DNA from: Bacteroidales bacterium
GTDB taxonomy: Bacteria > Bacteroidota > Bacteroidia > Bacteroidales > CG2-30-32-10
Direction: 5' to 3'
DNA length: 62,160 bases
Assembly (NCBI GenBank): GCA_050013795.1
Contig: JBEKEO010000007.1
Span: 1-62,160, forward strand
Shown here: positions 8,123 through 17,016 of the stretch, in pieces
Position numbering within the stretch: the stretch's first letter is position 1
Layout of the letters: the number at the start of each line of letters is the position of its first letter
Notes under the pieces: model-generated
Seen by the model: only the letters and a program-made list of their open reading frames with translations
Told to the model about the DNA's origin: nothing
The model's database searches: none
Program-made: the position numbers and the translations under genes

Positions 8123-10630
8123 CTATGCCACATCAGCCGTTTTCTTTTTATTCCCGCCCAGCAATTCAATGACTAATCCGCCAACCACAACGAGAATTAA
8201 AAGAATATTAAATGTGTAAGAAACCTTTTCGCCGGTGTAATAAACTTTAGGTTCAAATTTCCATTCTATTTTATGAGTGCCGGCAGGAACAACCATTCCG
8301 CGAAGCACATAGTTTGTCCTGAAATAAGGCGCAGGTGTGGAGGCTCCATCAATATATGCATTCCAGCCCTTGTCATAATATATTTCCGAGAAAACAGCCA
8401 GCTGTTCCTTGGAAGTTTTAACGTTATATACAAGGTCGTTTGGGGTATAACTGCTTAACGTAATGGATGAAGATGTATCTTTTCTGTTTTTATAATTAGA
8501 GACCATACTCTCGTAACGCTTATCAATAATGGCTGTCTGAGAAGGGTTAAAGTCTTTCATAGCTTCAATTTCAGCATCGGCATTGGGAACGATCTTGTAA
8601 TGATTAACAAACCATGCATTGCCCAGAGCATATCTGTTTGGCAAAGGAGGCGCCTGTGGATTATAAATAAGATACTTTGTATTCATCATATCCAAAACAG
8701 GTAAATGCTTTAGGGTAATCATTAATGCAGAATCGGGAGATTTGGAGGAAAAGGCAGTTTGTATCAGGCGCAGTTCACCTGCAATGCAGTTTTCAATCAA
8801 TTCCTGGTATCGTTTCATCTTTGCACCATGATAACCCCCAATGGATTTATGGTAATAAGACGTTCTTGCATCATTAAAAGGGTTTTCAAGGTTCAGCACA
8901 CGATAATCCAGTGAATTATCTGAAAGTATGGCTTCATCGCATTTAGTTTTTATAAACTCAGCAGTAAATTTGGTTTTGCTGACAAAATTATCGGCATTCA
9001 GCATGCGTTTGTCAACCGTCCACATATCAACAAGGATAAGAAGGCCTATGCCGATTATCAGGATATTCTTATTTTTGAATTTATTGATGGTATACAGCCA
9101 TAATCCCACGGCAACAAGAGCAATGAGAATCAACGACCTGAAACTGTCTGCCAGAAGCAATCCATGACGGTCGCTTTGAATGGCGCTTACAAGCCAATCA
9201 GGATAACCCGCTGAAGCAAGTTCTTTATCATTGCTGGAGATAAAGTCGAAGAACATGCTTCCGAGGAATCCAAACAACACTATAACACCAAGCGTAATGA
9301 TGCTGCTGTACTTCAAAGCCTTTACTTTTGTTTCCTTAGTAATTTCGCTGCTGAACATATTCTTCAACGCTAATAATCCCAGTAAGGGGATGCAGAACTC
9401 AGCTATCACCATGGTCATGGAAACCGCACGGAATTTATCATAGCCCGGGATGTAGTCGAGGAAAATATTAGTGAACCACATCAAATTCTTTCCCCATGCA
9501 AGCATAATTCCAAGCACAGTGGCAACAAGCAGCCACCATTTATATTTCCCCTTCACAATGAATAATCCTAACACAAACAGGAAGCACAGTATAGCCCCTG
9601 CATATACCGGCCCATATACAAAGTCCTGCGGACCCCAATACAAGGGCAGATGCTTAGTGATCTTTTCAGGATTAGGAACGTTGTTTTGTTGTAGAATCTT
9701 ATAAGTATCAGAACTTTTACCCAGTTCGCCTTCGGAAGAACCGCCAAAGAAATTAGGTATCAGCAGGGTGAATGTTTCCATCTTTCCATAACTGTAATCG
9801 GTAACATACGACCTATCGAGTCCGGTAGTTTTATCTGCTGCATTAGAGCTAAGCTCCGATTTGCTTCTGGTGGATGCTTTTCCATATTCATAGGTTGACC
9901 ACAGATTAGTAAAATTAACCCCTACAGCCAGTATTCCGGCTCCAGCTATGATGACAATTACTTTGAAAAACTCTTTTAATTTCTTCTCTTTGAATTTATT
10001 TATGAATTCAACTATAATAAGGATAAACAGTATCAGCATCAGGTAATAAGTAATCTGTACATGGTTGGCATAAATTTCAAGCGCCAAAGCTAGCGCGGTT
10101 AGTATGCCCCCGCCAATGTATTTCCCCCTGAAACTAAGAATAACGCCTGCAACTACAGGAGCCATGTATCCAATAGCAATAGCCTGCGTATTGTGCCCTA
10201 CAGCGAGAATGATAAAGAAAAACGATGAGAATCCGAACCCTATAGCGCCTATAGTGCTTAATTTTTGGTCGACTTTAAATGCTAAAAGCAAAATGTAAAA
10301 ACCGAGAAAATAAAGAAAAACCATGCCAGACTGCCCGGGCATTCCTAAATGCAAAATATGGTCGAAATATTTTACCATGTTCGAAGAATACATCACCGAT
10401 ATTTGGTAAGCCGGCATTCCACCGAACATACTGTTTGTCCATAAAGCTTCTTTACCCGTTTCGGCCCTGTAATCGGCAATTTCCTTTGAAGCACCCTGGT
10501 ATTGCTGGTTATCGCTTTGGTTTAAATGCTTTCCTTCCATCAGTGGGGAAAAATAAACCATTGTAATAGCTATAAATATTGCTATTGCTACTAAATGAGG
10601 TAAAATCTTTTTAACGTTTAAATCTTTCAT
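8123..10630 (-). CDS. YfhO-family polytopic membrane protein (putative envelope glycosyl/glycopolymer transferase)
   Basis: 835 aa. Many predicted TM helices in the first two thirds, a soluble C-terminal domain and a terminal TM helix. Size and layout are typical of Bacteroidota YfhO proteins. Confidence 0.7.
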   Translation of the reverse strand: MKDLNVKKILPHLVAIAIFIAITMVYFSPLMEGKHLNQSDNQQYQGASKEIADYRAETGKEALWTNSMFGGMPAYQISVMYSSNMVKYFDHILHLGMPGQSGMVFLYFLGFYILLLAFKVDQKLSTIGAIGFGFSSFFFIILAVGHNTQAIAIGYMAPVVAGVILSFRGKYIGGGILTALALALEIYANHVQITYYLMLILFILIIVEFINKFKEKKLKEFFKVIVIIAGAGILAVGVNFTNLWSTYEYGKASTRSKSELSSNAADKTTGLDRSYVTDYSYGKMETFTLLIPNFFGGSSEGELGKSSDTYKILQQNNVPNPEKITKHLPLYWGPQDFVYGPVYAGAILCFLFVLGLFIVKGKYKWWLLVATVLGIMLAWGKNLMWFTNIFLDYIPGYDKFRAVSMTMVIAEFCIPLLGLLALKNMFSSEITKETKVKALKYSSIITLGVIVLFGFLGSMFFDFISSNDKELASAGYPDWLVSAIQSDRHGLLLADSFRSLILIALVAVGLWLYTINKFKNKNILIIGIGLLILVDMWTVDKRMLNADNFVSKTKFTAEFIKTKCDEAILSDNSLDYRVLNLENPFNDARTSYYHKSIGGYHGAKMKRYQELIENCIAGELRLIQTAFSSKSPDSALMITLKHLPVLDMMNTKYLIYNPQAPPLPNRYALGNAWFVNHYKIVPNADAEIEAMKDFNPSQTAIIDKRYESMVSNYKNRKDTSSSITLSSYTPNDLVYNVKTSKEQLAVFSEIYYDKGWNAYIDGASTPAPYFRTNYVLRGMVVPAGTHKIEWKFEPKVYYTGEKVSYTFNILLILVVVGGLVIELLGGNKKKTADVA

Positions 10631-10655
10631 GATTGAATGTTTGGATGAAACAAAC

Positions 10656-10907
10656 TTATTTTATTTCTTCGTAATCAACATATTCGCCAACATCGTTAGA
10701 GTGGCTTTTGTTTTTATCAGTGGTAGAATCAATATAAATTTCGCCTTCTTTTGCTTTATACTGTTTATAGCTGGCTTCATTATTCATACCTTGCTGAAAC
10801 CTATTACTGAATTTTTTCATCATTCTTCTCAATACTAAAGGAAGCAGGTATCTGGCAGCAAGATTAAGGAAAATAATTATAAGGATGATAATGAATAAGG
10901 TCTCCAA
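10656..10907 (-). CDS. DUF4834-family small membrane protein
   Basis: 83 aa. Single N-terminal TM helix followed by RRMMKKF and an acidic C-terminal GEYVDYEEIK tail, as in DUF4834. Confidence 0.6.
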   Translation of the reverse strand: METLFIIILIIIFLNLAARYLLPLVLRRMMKKFSNRFQQGMNNEASYKQYKAKEGEIYIDSTTDKNKSHSNDVGEYVDYEEIK

Positions 10908-11273
10908 AATTGAATAGGTTGAGTTGTTTGCGAAATTATGGCTTTTTCGGATATACGCAAAAAAATGAGTAATACAATTTTAGCACATATATGTTTCCCT
11001 ATTTCACTTTTCCATTCTTTAACAAACGCTTTCAACTTAACCCTATTTCCCGCTTCTATTTTATCAACATACGTCCTACTTGGAATGGATAAAACATTTT
11101 TACTATTGTTTAGATTCTTTTCTAAAGCCAAATTGTCAACACATAATAAATTATAAATCGCAATTCGTACCTCGAAAATCCCCCGTTTCTATTTTTAAGT
11201 TATCATTTGCAGGAACGTAGTATATACATTAAATGCTTGCCAATAATATTTTTAGCGAAGCAAAACAAGTGCA

Positions 11274-12242
11274 CTATTTATGAGTGGAAATAAAATTTCC
11301 AAATGCAAATGGACTATTACCAACCTTAATTGTATCTGAAACAGTATTGGAAGTGGTATTTATTACATTTACTGTATTAGCATCCGAATTAGCAACATAT
11401 ACCTTGTTTCCATCGGAACTCACAGATACACCAATAGGAAAAGTGCCAACCTTAATTGTAGCGGAAACAGTATTAGTAGCACTGTTTATTACACTTACTG
11501 TATTAGCCAATTCATTCGTAACATATACCTTACTTCCATCTGGGCTTACAGAAACACCAACAGGATCATCACCAACTGTAATTGAAGCTGAAACACAATT
11601 TGTGGCGCTGTTTATCACACTCACTATACCATTTAATTCATTCGTGACATATATCTTACTTCCATCGGGGCTTATAGATATACCAATAGGAAAAGAACCA
11701 ACTGTAATTGTAGCCGAAACAGTATTGGTAGTGGTATTTATTACACTTACCGTATTAGCATCCCAATTTGCAACATATACCCTACTCCCGTCGGGGCTCA
11801 CAGATATTCCACGAGGTTCTGTGCCAACCGTAATTGTAGTCGAAACAATATTTGCAGCACAGTTTATTATGCTAACTGTATTAGAATATGCATTTGCAAC
11901 ATATACCTTACTCCCATCGGGACTCACTGACACACCATAAGGATGAGAACCAACTGTAATTGTAGCAGAAACAGTATTGGTAACGCCGTTTATTATGCTT
12001 ACTGAATTAGAACTACTATTAGCAACATACACCTTACTCCCATCTGGGCTTACAGATACACTTTTAGGATTAGTACCAACCGGAATTGTAGCCGAAATTG
12101 TATTTGTAGCAATATTAATAACGGATACAGTACCATCGGCTCTATTCGTTATATAAGCAGTTTGTGCATTTACCTGCCTGCCGGACAGGCAGGTGCTCAG
12201 GTTAATAATAGCGAGAATTGAGATGATGTATCTTTTCTTCAT
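11274..12242 (-). CDS. Secreted YVTN-family seven-bladed beta-propeller repeat protein
   Basis: 322 aa. Signal peptide followed by seven ~42-aa repeats of the form VSVSPDGSKVYVAN..SNTVSVIN..TNTVSATI.VG..P. Confidence 0.85.
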   Translation of the reverse strand: MKKRYIISILAIINLSTCLSGRQVNAQTAYITNRADGTVSVINIATNTISATIPVGTNPKSVSVSPDGSKVYVANSSSNSVSIINGVTNTVSATITVGSHPYGVSVSPDGSKVYVANAYSNTVSIINCAANIVSTTITVGTEPRGISVSPDGSRVYVANWDANTVSVINTTTNTVSATITVGSFPIGISISPDGSKIYVTNELNGIVSVINSATNCVSASITVGDDPVGVSVSPDGSKVYVTNELANTVSVINSATNTVSATIKVGTFPIGVSVSSDGNKVYVANSDANTVNVINTTSNTVSDTIKVGNSPFAFGNFISTHK

Positions 12243-12477
12243 AACAATTGTTTTAGTGATACCGTTAAGAGGCCTCTGTTTATAATTTAAAGCAAATATA
12301 AGCTATATAATTGCATAAACACGTAAGTTGCAAGCATAACAATTCAACTTGGAAGTATAGAAGTTATAGTCGCACTTATAATAGTATGAGTTTGGCGTAT
12401 ATACAAATGAACAGTGGTATAATAGAACATCTTCCTGCCTGTTGATACGCATGGCTTCAGGTGCTTCAAGCCAATAA

Positions 12478-13089
12478 CTATTTACTAAATTCTTCGTACT
12501 CCTTATTGGTTTTTTCAATAAAATCCAGGATTTCTTCTTTACCCGCTTTGGTTTCGGCTGAAGTCATGATAAAATTTGGCAATTCTTCCCAGAAATCCTT
12601 CAGTATGGTTTTATAATGCTCAATGTTTTGCGAAATTTCACTATGGTTTAGCTTATCGGTCTTGGTAAAAACAATAATAAAAGGAAGTTCTTTTTCGCCC
12701 ATCCACTCCATAAAATCAATGTCGTTCTGCTGTGGCACTAGTCTCGAATCAACAAGAACAAATGTGTTAAGCAGGTTTTGTCGTTTATGCAAATAACCCC
12801 TCGATACTTTATCCCACTTACTGCGGTTATCTTTTGATGCTTTTGCATAACCATATCCCGGCAAATCGGCAATATACCAGCTTTCGTTAATAATAAAATG
12901 ATTTATCATTTGTGTCTTCCCTGGTGTTGACGATGTTTTAGCTAGGTTCTTTTTGTCGACAATCATATTGATAAGCGACGATTTTCCAACGTTTGACCTG
13001 CCTATAAAAGCATATTCGGGCAAGGATGTCCTGGGGCATTTTTCATTGCTTACACTGCTTAAAACAAATTCTGCGGTTTTTATTTGCAT
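12478..13089 (-). CDS. engB: Ribosome-biogenesis GTPase YsxC/EngB
   Basis: 203 aa. G1 GRSNVGKSSLIN, G3 DLPGYG, G4 TKTDK. Confidence 0.9.
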   Translation of the reverse strand: MQIKTAEFVLSSVSNEKCPRTSLPEYAFIGRSNVGKSSLINMIVDKKNLAKTSSTPGKTQMINHFIINESWYIADLPGYGYAKASKDNRSKWDKVSRGYLHKRQNLLNTFVLVDSRLVPQQNDIDFMEWMGEKELPFIIVFTKTDKLNHSEISQNIEHYKTILKDFWEELPNFIMTSAETKAGKEEILDFIEKTNKEYEEFSK

Positions 13090-13126
13090 AATAGAAATAC
13101 TTCTTATGAAATGATTATACTGTTTA

Positions 13127-14059
13127 TTAATTTTTTTTATATGTATGTAAATGACGGTCTTTTTTCATATCGTAAATATCACTGATGGTAACAAGAATAC
13201 CCGTTTCCTCTACATCGCCGAACGTATCATTAAGGGCTGTCCCGAATGTAAGCATGGAAGGCGAAAGATTCATGTAAGCATTAACCAGAGGCGGTATAGT
13301 TTCATTCAATCTTCTTACATTTTGAGATAAAATTTTATAATCTTCCTGATAAGAATTACCAGTAAAAATAGCCATCAGGTCGCGAATGTCGGTTTGAATT
13401 CCCCTTGGAAACTTGGGCGTTACAAGGTTTTCCATGTCGGGGAAATATTTATGAAGAAAGTATAATATAAGGTCTCTTGCTTCCTGGTTAAAGTTAAGAT
13501 ACATGGTTACTTTTCCGAAGAAATAACGGATATCAGGATTGTCGATAGCTATAGCGCCTAAACCATCCCATATATTATCCAAAGCATATAAACCCTTGCG
13601 TGGATCGTTCATGGGCTGATAATGTGGCTGGACAAATGAGCGCCCTAACTCAATAGTATAAGGCATGTAATATTTTTCGAAGATATCGGAATATTTAAAA
13701 AGATGTGCTGTTGCCAGCATGTATTCTCCATTTTCATCTTTTACGGCATCGCCACAACGGATAAAGCGGTAACCACCCACAATTTCACGCTCTTTAGGAT
13801 CCCAAACAATTAATTGCTTATAGGGCGCGGAACTGAAATCATATTCATCTATATCAATATCTTCGCCTGTGCCCCCTCCAGCTCTGCGAAAGGTAATCTC
13901 GCGCAAGCGTCCTATCTCTCTGATAACATTAGGCGAATTGCTATTGGTTACAATATAAATTTCGTTACTTTTATGATTTGTGTAACGAATAAACTTATCC
14001 TCCGTCAACTCCTGTTCAAGAAGCTTTTTATCAACCGATGGAATTATTTCCTTCATCAT
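13127..14059 (-). CDS. GNAT-fold N-acyltransferase, OlsB/GlsB-like (amino-acid lipid synthesis, hemolysin-like)
   Basis: 310 aa. Family recognised from the REITFR..GGGTG..IDIDEYD segment and from adjacency to a lysophospholipid acyltransferase gene. Confidence 0.65.
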   Translation of the reverse strand: MMKEIIPSVDKKLLEQELTEDKFIRYTNHKSNEIYIVTNSNSPNVIREIGRLREITFRRAGGGTGEDIDIDEYDFSSAPYKQLIVWDPKEREIVGGYRFIRCGDAVKDENGEYMLATAHLFKYSDIFEKYYMPYTIELGRSFVQPHYQPMNDPRKGLYALDNIWDGLGAIAIDNPDIRYFFGKVTMYLNFNQEARDLILYFLHKYFPDMENLVTPKFPRGIQTDIRDLMAIFTGNSYQEDYKILSQNVRRLNETIPPLVNAYMNLSPSMLTFGTALNDTFGDVEETGILVTISDIYDMKKDRHLHTYKKN

Positions 14060-14071
14060 TTATTATTAGTC

Positions 14072-14929
14072 TCACTTGGTTAAATTGTATGAAAATTCTT
14101 TATTCTTGTCTTTTCTTAATTCATAAATATGTTGCTTCATCAGTTTGGCCCATTCATTAACTTTGAACCTGTTGTCAAAGGTTTTGAATGAAACGGGTTT
14201 CCCGAAGGTAATGTTTACATCTTTATTCTTCTGGTTGAACATTTCATCGACCAGGTAAAGCATTTCAATATTCGCTTTTATGCCCAATCGTTTTCTCCAG
14301 TTTGCTAAGTTATAAAAAAAATTCGAATTACTTCCATCTATATGAACAGGAATAATATCTCTTTCGAACTGTATCGCCTTTTTAATAAATGTATTTTTCC
14401 ATTCCAAGTCTAGTATTTTACCTTTTTGTTTTCGCGAACAAAGTCCTGCAGGAAAATAAAGTACTATAACGTCTGAAGCAAATGTATCATCGAGAAGGGT
14501 CTTGTTATCGATATTTTTACCATGCTTATTAATAGGAATAAACAGCACTTTGAGATTTCTTAAATAAAGTAACAGATCGTTTACGGGAAAAACAATATCA
14601 CGCCTTCCTGCTTTTCCCACCACCAGCATTAATGCCATTCCGTCTAACCCACCAAGTGGATGATTTGAAGCAATGATATACCTGCCAGTTGCCGGAATAT
14701 TTTCAGGATTAATAACATTGATATTTGCGCCCATTTCATTCAGGATACATTCAACAAAATCTATCCCTTCCTTATCCTTATATTTTTCAAGCGCTCCATT
14801 TACCTGATCCTGGTGAATAACCTTTTTTATGTATTTAAGAATAAAACCCGGTATCAGTTTGAGCAATTTTGGATTTTTGCTATTAATAATCTCTTCCAGA
14901 TCAATCTTATCTGCTTTTATCTCTGACAT
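14072..14929 (-). CDS. Lysophospholipid/1-acylglycerol-phosphate-type O-acyltransferase, GlsA/OlsA-like
   Basis: 285 aa. HX4D acyltransferase motif NHPLGGLDG and downstream FPAG motif. Confidence 0.72.
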   Translation of the reverse strand: MSEIKADKIDLEEIINSKNPKLLKLIPGFILKYIKKVIHQDQVNGALEKYKDKEGIDFVECILNEMGANINVINPENIPATGRYIIASNHPLGGLDGMALMLVVGKAGRRDIVFPVNDLLLYLRNLKVLFIPINKHGKNIDNKTLLDDTFASDVIVLYFPAGLCSRKQKGKILDLEWKNTFIKKAIQFERDIIPVHIDGSNSNFFYNLANWRKRLGIKANIEMLYLVDEMFNQKNKDVNITFGKPVSFKTFDNRFKVNEWAKLMKQHIYELRKDKNKEFSYNLTK

Positions 14930-15143
14930 TTATTATTTGATTTATTAAACATGGGCATCACACACAAAAATACTGATTCTTTAAATATCCTATGCTCTAA
15001 AACTTAAATATTCCATATCAATGTATTTAACCCATAAGATTTCGACACAAATATTAAAATTCAGGATTTTGATATAGCCGTAAATGACAGAAAAACAGTT
15101 TTTTAAAAAAACGATTGTCAAAAAGTGGAAAAAGTTATCAACA

Positions 15144-15173
15144 AAGTGGTAAATTGTGGTAAATTGTGGTAGA
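15144..15173 (+). promoter_or_regulatory. Putative MraZ operator: three 10-bp-phased GTGG direct repeats upstream of mraZ
   Basis: aaGTGGtaaa ttGTGGtaaa ttGTGGtaga, with GTGG at 15146, 15156 and 15166. A further AAAGTGG lies at 15122-15128. The repeats are 41-70 bp upstream of the mraZ ATG. Confidence 0.6.
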
Positions 15174-15213
15174 AAATTGTATACTTTTACAGCTCTAAAT
15201 CAATTCGTATAAA

Positions 15214-15690
15214 ATGATAAACCTGATAGGGGAATATGAATGCAAAATAGACGCTAAAGGGCGCTTTATGCTTCCTGCAGGTCTTAAAAAGCAGCTCCCT
15301 CCTGAAGCTCAGGACAAATTTGTCGTTAACCGTGGCTTTGAAAATTGCCTAGTTCTCTATCCCCAGAATGTTTGGAAAGTAATTAGCGATGAAGTTAATC
15401 AGCTGAATCTTTATAACAAGAAAAACCGTGATTTTGTAAGGTATTTCTACCGTGGAGCATCAGAATTAATGCTCGATTCTGTGAACAGGCTCCTTTTGCC
15501 AAAACAACTTACCGAATATGCAGGCATAGATAAAGAAATTGTGCTTTTTGCATTTTCTAACAGGGTTGAGATTTGGTCGAAGGCAGCTTACACAAGGCTT
15601 CAGACAAATGAGCCTGAAGACTTTTCAACACTGGCTGAAGAAGTAATGGCTAAGAAGGATAAAGGGGAAAAGAAAGATGATGTATCATGA
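15214..15690 (+). CDS. mraZ: Transcriptional regulator MraZ
   Basis: 158 aa. Two SpoVT/AbrB-like halves carrying DAKGRFMLP and DSVNRLLLP. First gene of the dcw cluster. Confidence 0.93.
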   Translation: MINLIGEYECKIDAKGRFMLPAGLKKQLPPEAQDKFVVNRGFENCLVLYPQNVWKVISDEVNQLNLYNKKNRDFVRYFYRGASELMLDSVNRLLLPKQLTEYAGIDKEIVLFAFSNRVEIWSKAAYTRLQTNEPEDFSTLAEEVMAKKDKGEKKDDVS

Positions 15691-16573
15691 ACCTGTACTT
15701 CTTCAAAAAAGCATTGATGGGCTGAATATAAATCCTGATGGGGTTTATGTGGATGTTACATACGGAGGCGGCGGACATTCAAAAGAAATATTAAACAGAT
15801 TAAAAGGCGGGAAATTAATAGCATTTGATCAGGATGAAGACGCGTTGCATAATGTTATTGATGATGAGAGATTAATTCTGGTTAATGCGAATTTCAGGTT
15901 TATAAAGAATTTTCTGATGTTTTATAAAGTTCTTCCTGTTGATGGCATACTGGCAGATTTAGGAATATCCTCCCATCAGATAGATGATACCGACCGAGGC
16001 TTATCTACCCGCTTCAATTCGGAGCTTGACTTAAGGATGGACAGAAAAAGCGGCCAGAGTGCAAAAGAAGTGCTGGCATCATACACTGAAGAAGAATTAA
16101 AAAAAATGTTCTTTGAATTTGGCGAGATGAACAATGCTAAAAGCCTGGCTAAAGCAATTGTAATGGAAAGAGAGAATAACGAAATCGTTATGGTTAATGA
16201 TATAAAAAAGGTTCTGGAAAGGTTCGCTGAAAGAGGCAGGGAAAACAAATTCTATGCTAAAGTATTCCAGGCTTTACGCATAGAAATAAACCACGAAATC
16301 GAAGCACTTGATGAGTTCTTGAAGCAAAGCATTGAAGTATTAAAACAGGGAGGCAGGTTGGTAGTAATATCATATCATTCATTGGAGGACAGACTTGTAA
16401 AGAATTATATGAAATCAGGAAATGCCGAAGGAAATATTGAAAAAGACTTTTATGGTCATGAAAAGGTTCCTTATAAAATGATTACAAGAAAACCGGTTGT
16501 TCCAAGTGAAGAAGAAATTGAAATAAATAAACGTGCAAGAAGCGCAAAACTAAGAATAGCAATTAAAAATTAA
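15677..16573 (+). CDS. rsmH: 16S rRNA (cytosine1402-N4)-methyltransferase
   Basis: 298 aa. HEPVLL start, TYGGGGHS SAM site, ISYHSLEDR motif. Overlaps the mraZ 3' end. Confidence 0.95.
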   Translation: MMYHEPVLLQKSIDGLNINPDGVYVDVTYGGGGHSKEILNRLKGGKLIAFDQDEDALHNVIDDERLILVNANFRFIKNFLMFYKVLPVDGILADLGISSHQIDDTDRGLSTRFNSELDLRMDRKSGQSAKEVLASYTEEELKKMFFEFGEMNNAKSLAKAIVMERENNEIVMVNDIKKVLERFAERGRENKFYAKVFQALRIEINHEIEALDEFLKQSIEVLKQGGRLVVISYHSLEDRLVKNYMKSGNAEGNIEKDFYGHEKVPYKMITRKPVVPSEEEIEINKRARSAKLRIAIKN

Positions 16574-17013
16574 TGGGCAGCAATTCTTACAAAGAATCCG
16601 ATGTTGTAGAACAACCTGAAGTTGTCAAGGAAGAGCCTCCAAAGAAAAAGAAGAAGAGGAAGCAAAATCCGATTTTAAAGGGGTTGCAAAGTGTGATGGA
16701 TGGAACTATTCTGACCAAGGATACAGCCATCAAAAGCTTGCCTTTTGTATTTTTTCTTGCCTTTATAGCAATACTGTACATAGCAAATTCATACTACGCC
16801 GAAAAGAAGATCATCCAGATTGAGAAAATAAAAAAAGAACTGAAAGAATTAAGATCTGAAAGCATTGAAAACAAATCGAAATTAATGTTATGCAGCAGGC
16901 AGTCGGAAGTATTTAAAAGAATTGCACCTTTTGGATTAAAAGAGTCCGTTGTGCCACCACATAAAATTATTGCAATTAATGACACTTCTAAAAAGGTGAT
17001 GAATAAAAATTAA
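16573..17013 (+). CDS. ftsL: FtsL-like cell-division protein
   Basis: 146 aa. Lys-rich N-terminus, one TM helix and a coiled segment. Occupies the conserved position between rsmH and ftsI. Confidence 0.6.
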   Translation: MGSNSYKESDVVEQPEVVKEEPPKKKKKRKQNPILKGLQSVMDGTILTKDTAIKSLPFVFFLAFIAILYIANSYYAEKKIIQIEKIKKELKELRSESIENKSKLMLCSRQSEVFKRIAPFGLKESVVPPHKIIAINDTSKKVMNKN

Positions 17014-17016
17014 TTC

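Noticed and set aside
10877-11188. Minus-strand frame containing IPSRTYVDKIEAGNRVKLKAFVKEW, which vaguely resembles an excisionase/Fis-type helix-turn-helix.
   Set aside because: Only a TTG start is available, and the ORF overlaps the DUF4834 gene. The similarity is weak and judged by eye only. At best it is a decayed remnant.
11284-11940. 218-aa ORF on the plus strand.
   Set aside because: It is antisense to the YVTN propeller gene. It is kept open by the internal DNA repeats, and its low-complexity LTV/PSG composition mirrors the sense-strand repeats.
12303-12518. 71-aa ORF overlapping the 3' end of engB.
   Set aside because: It overlaps a well-supported gene, has Tyr/Cys/Asn-rich junk-like composition and shows no motifs.
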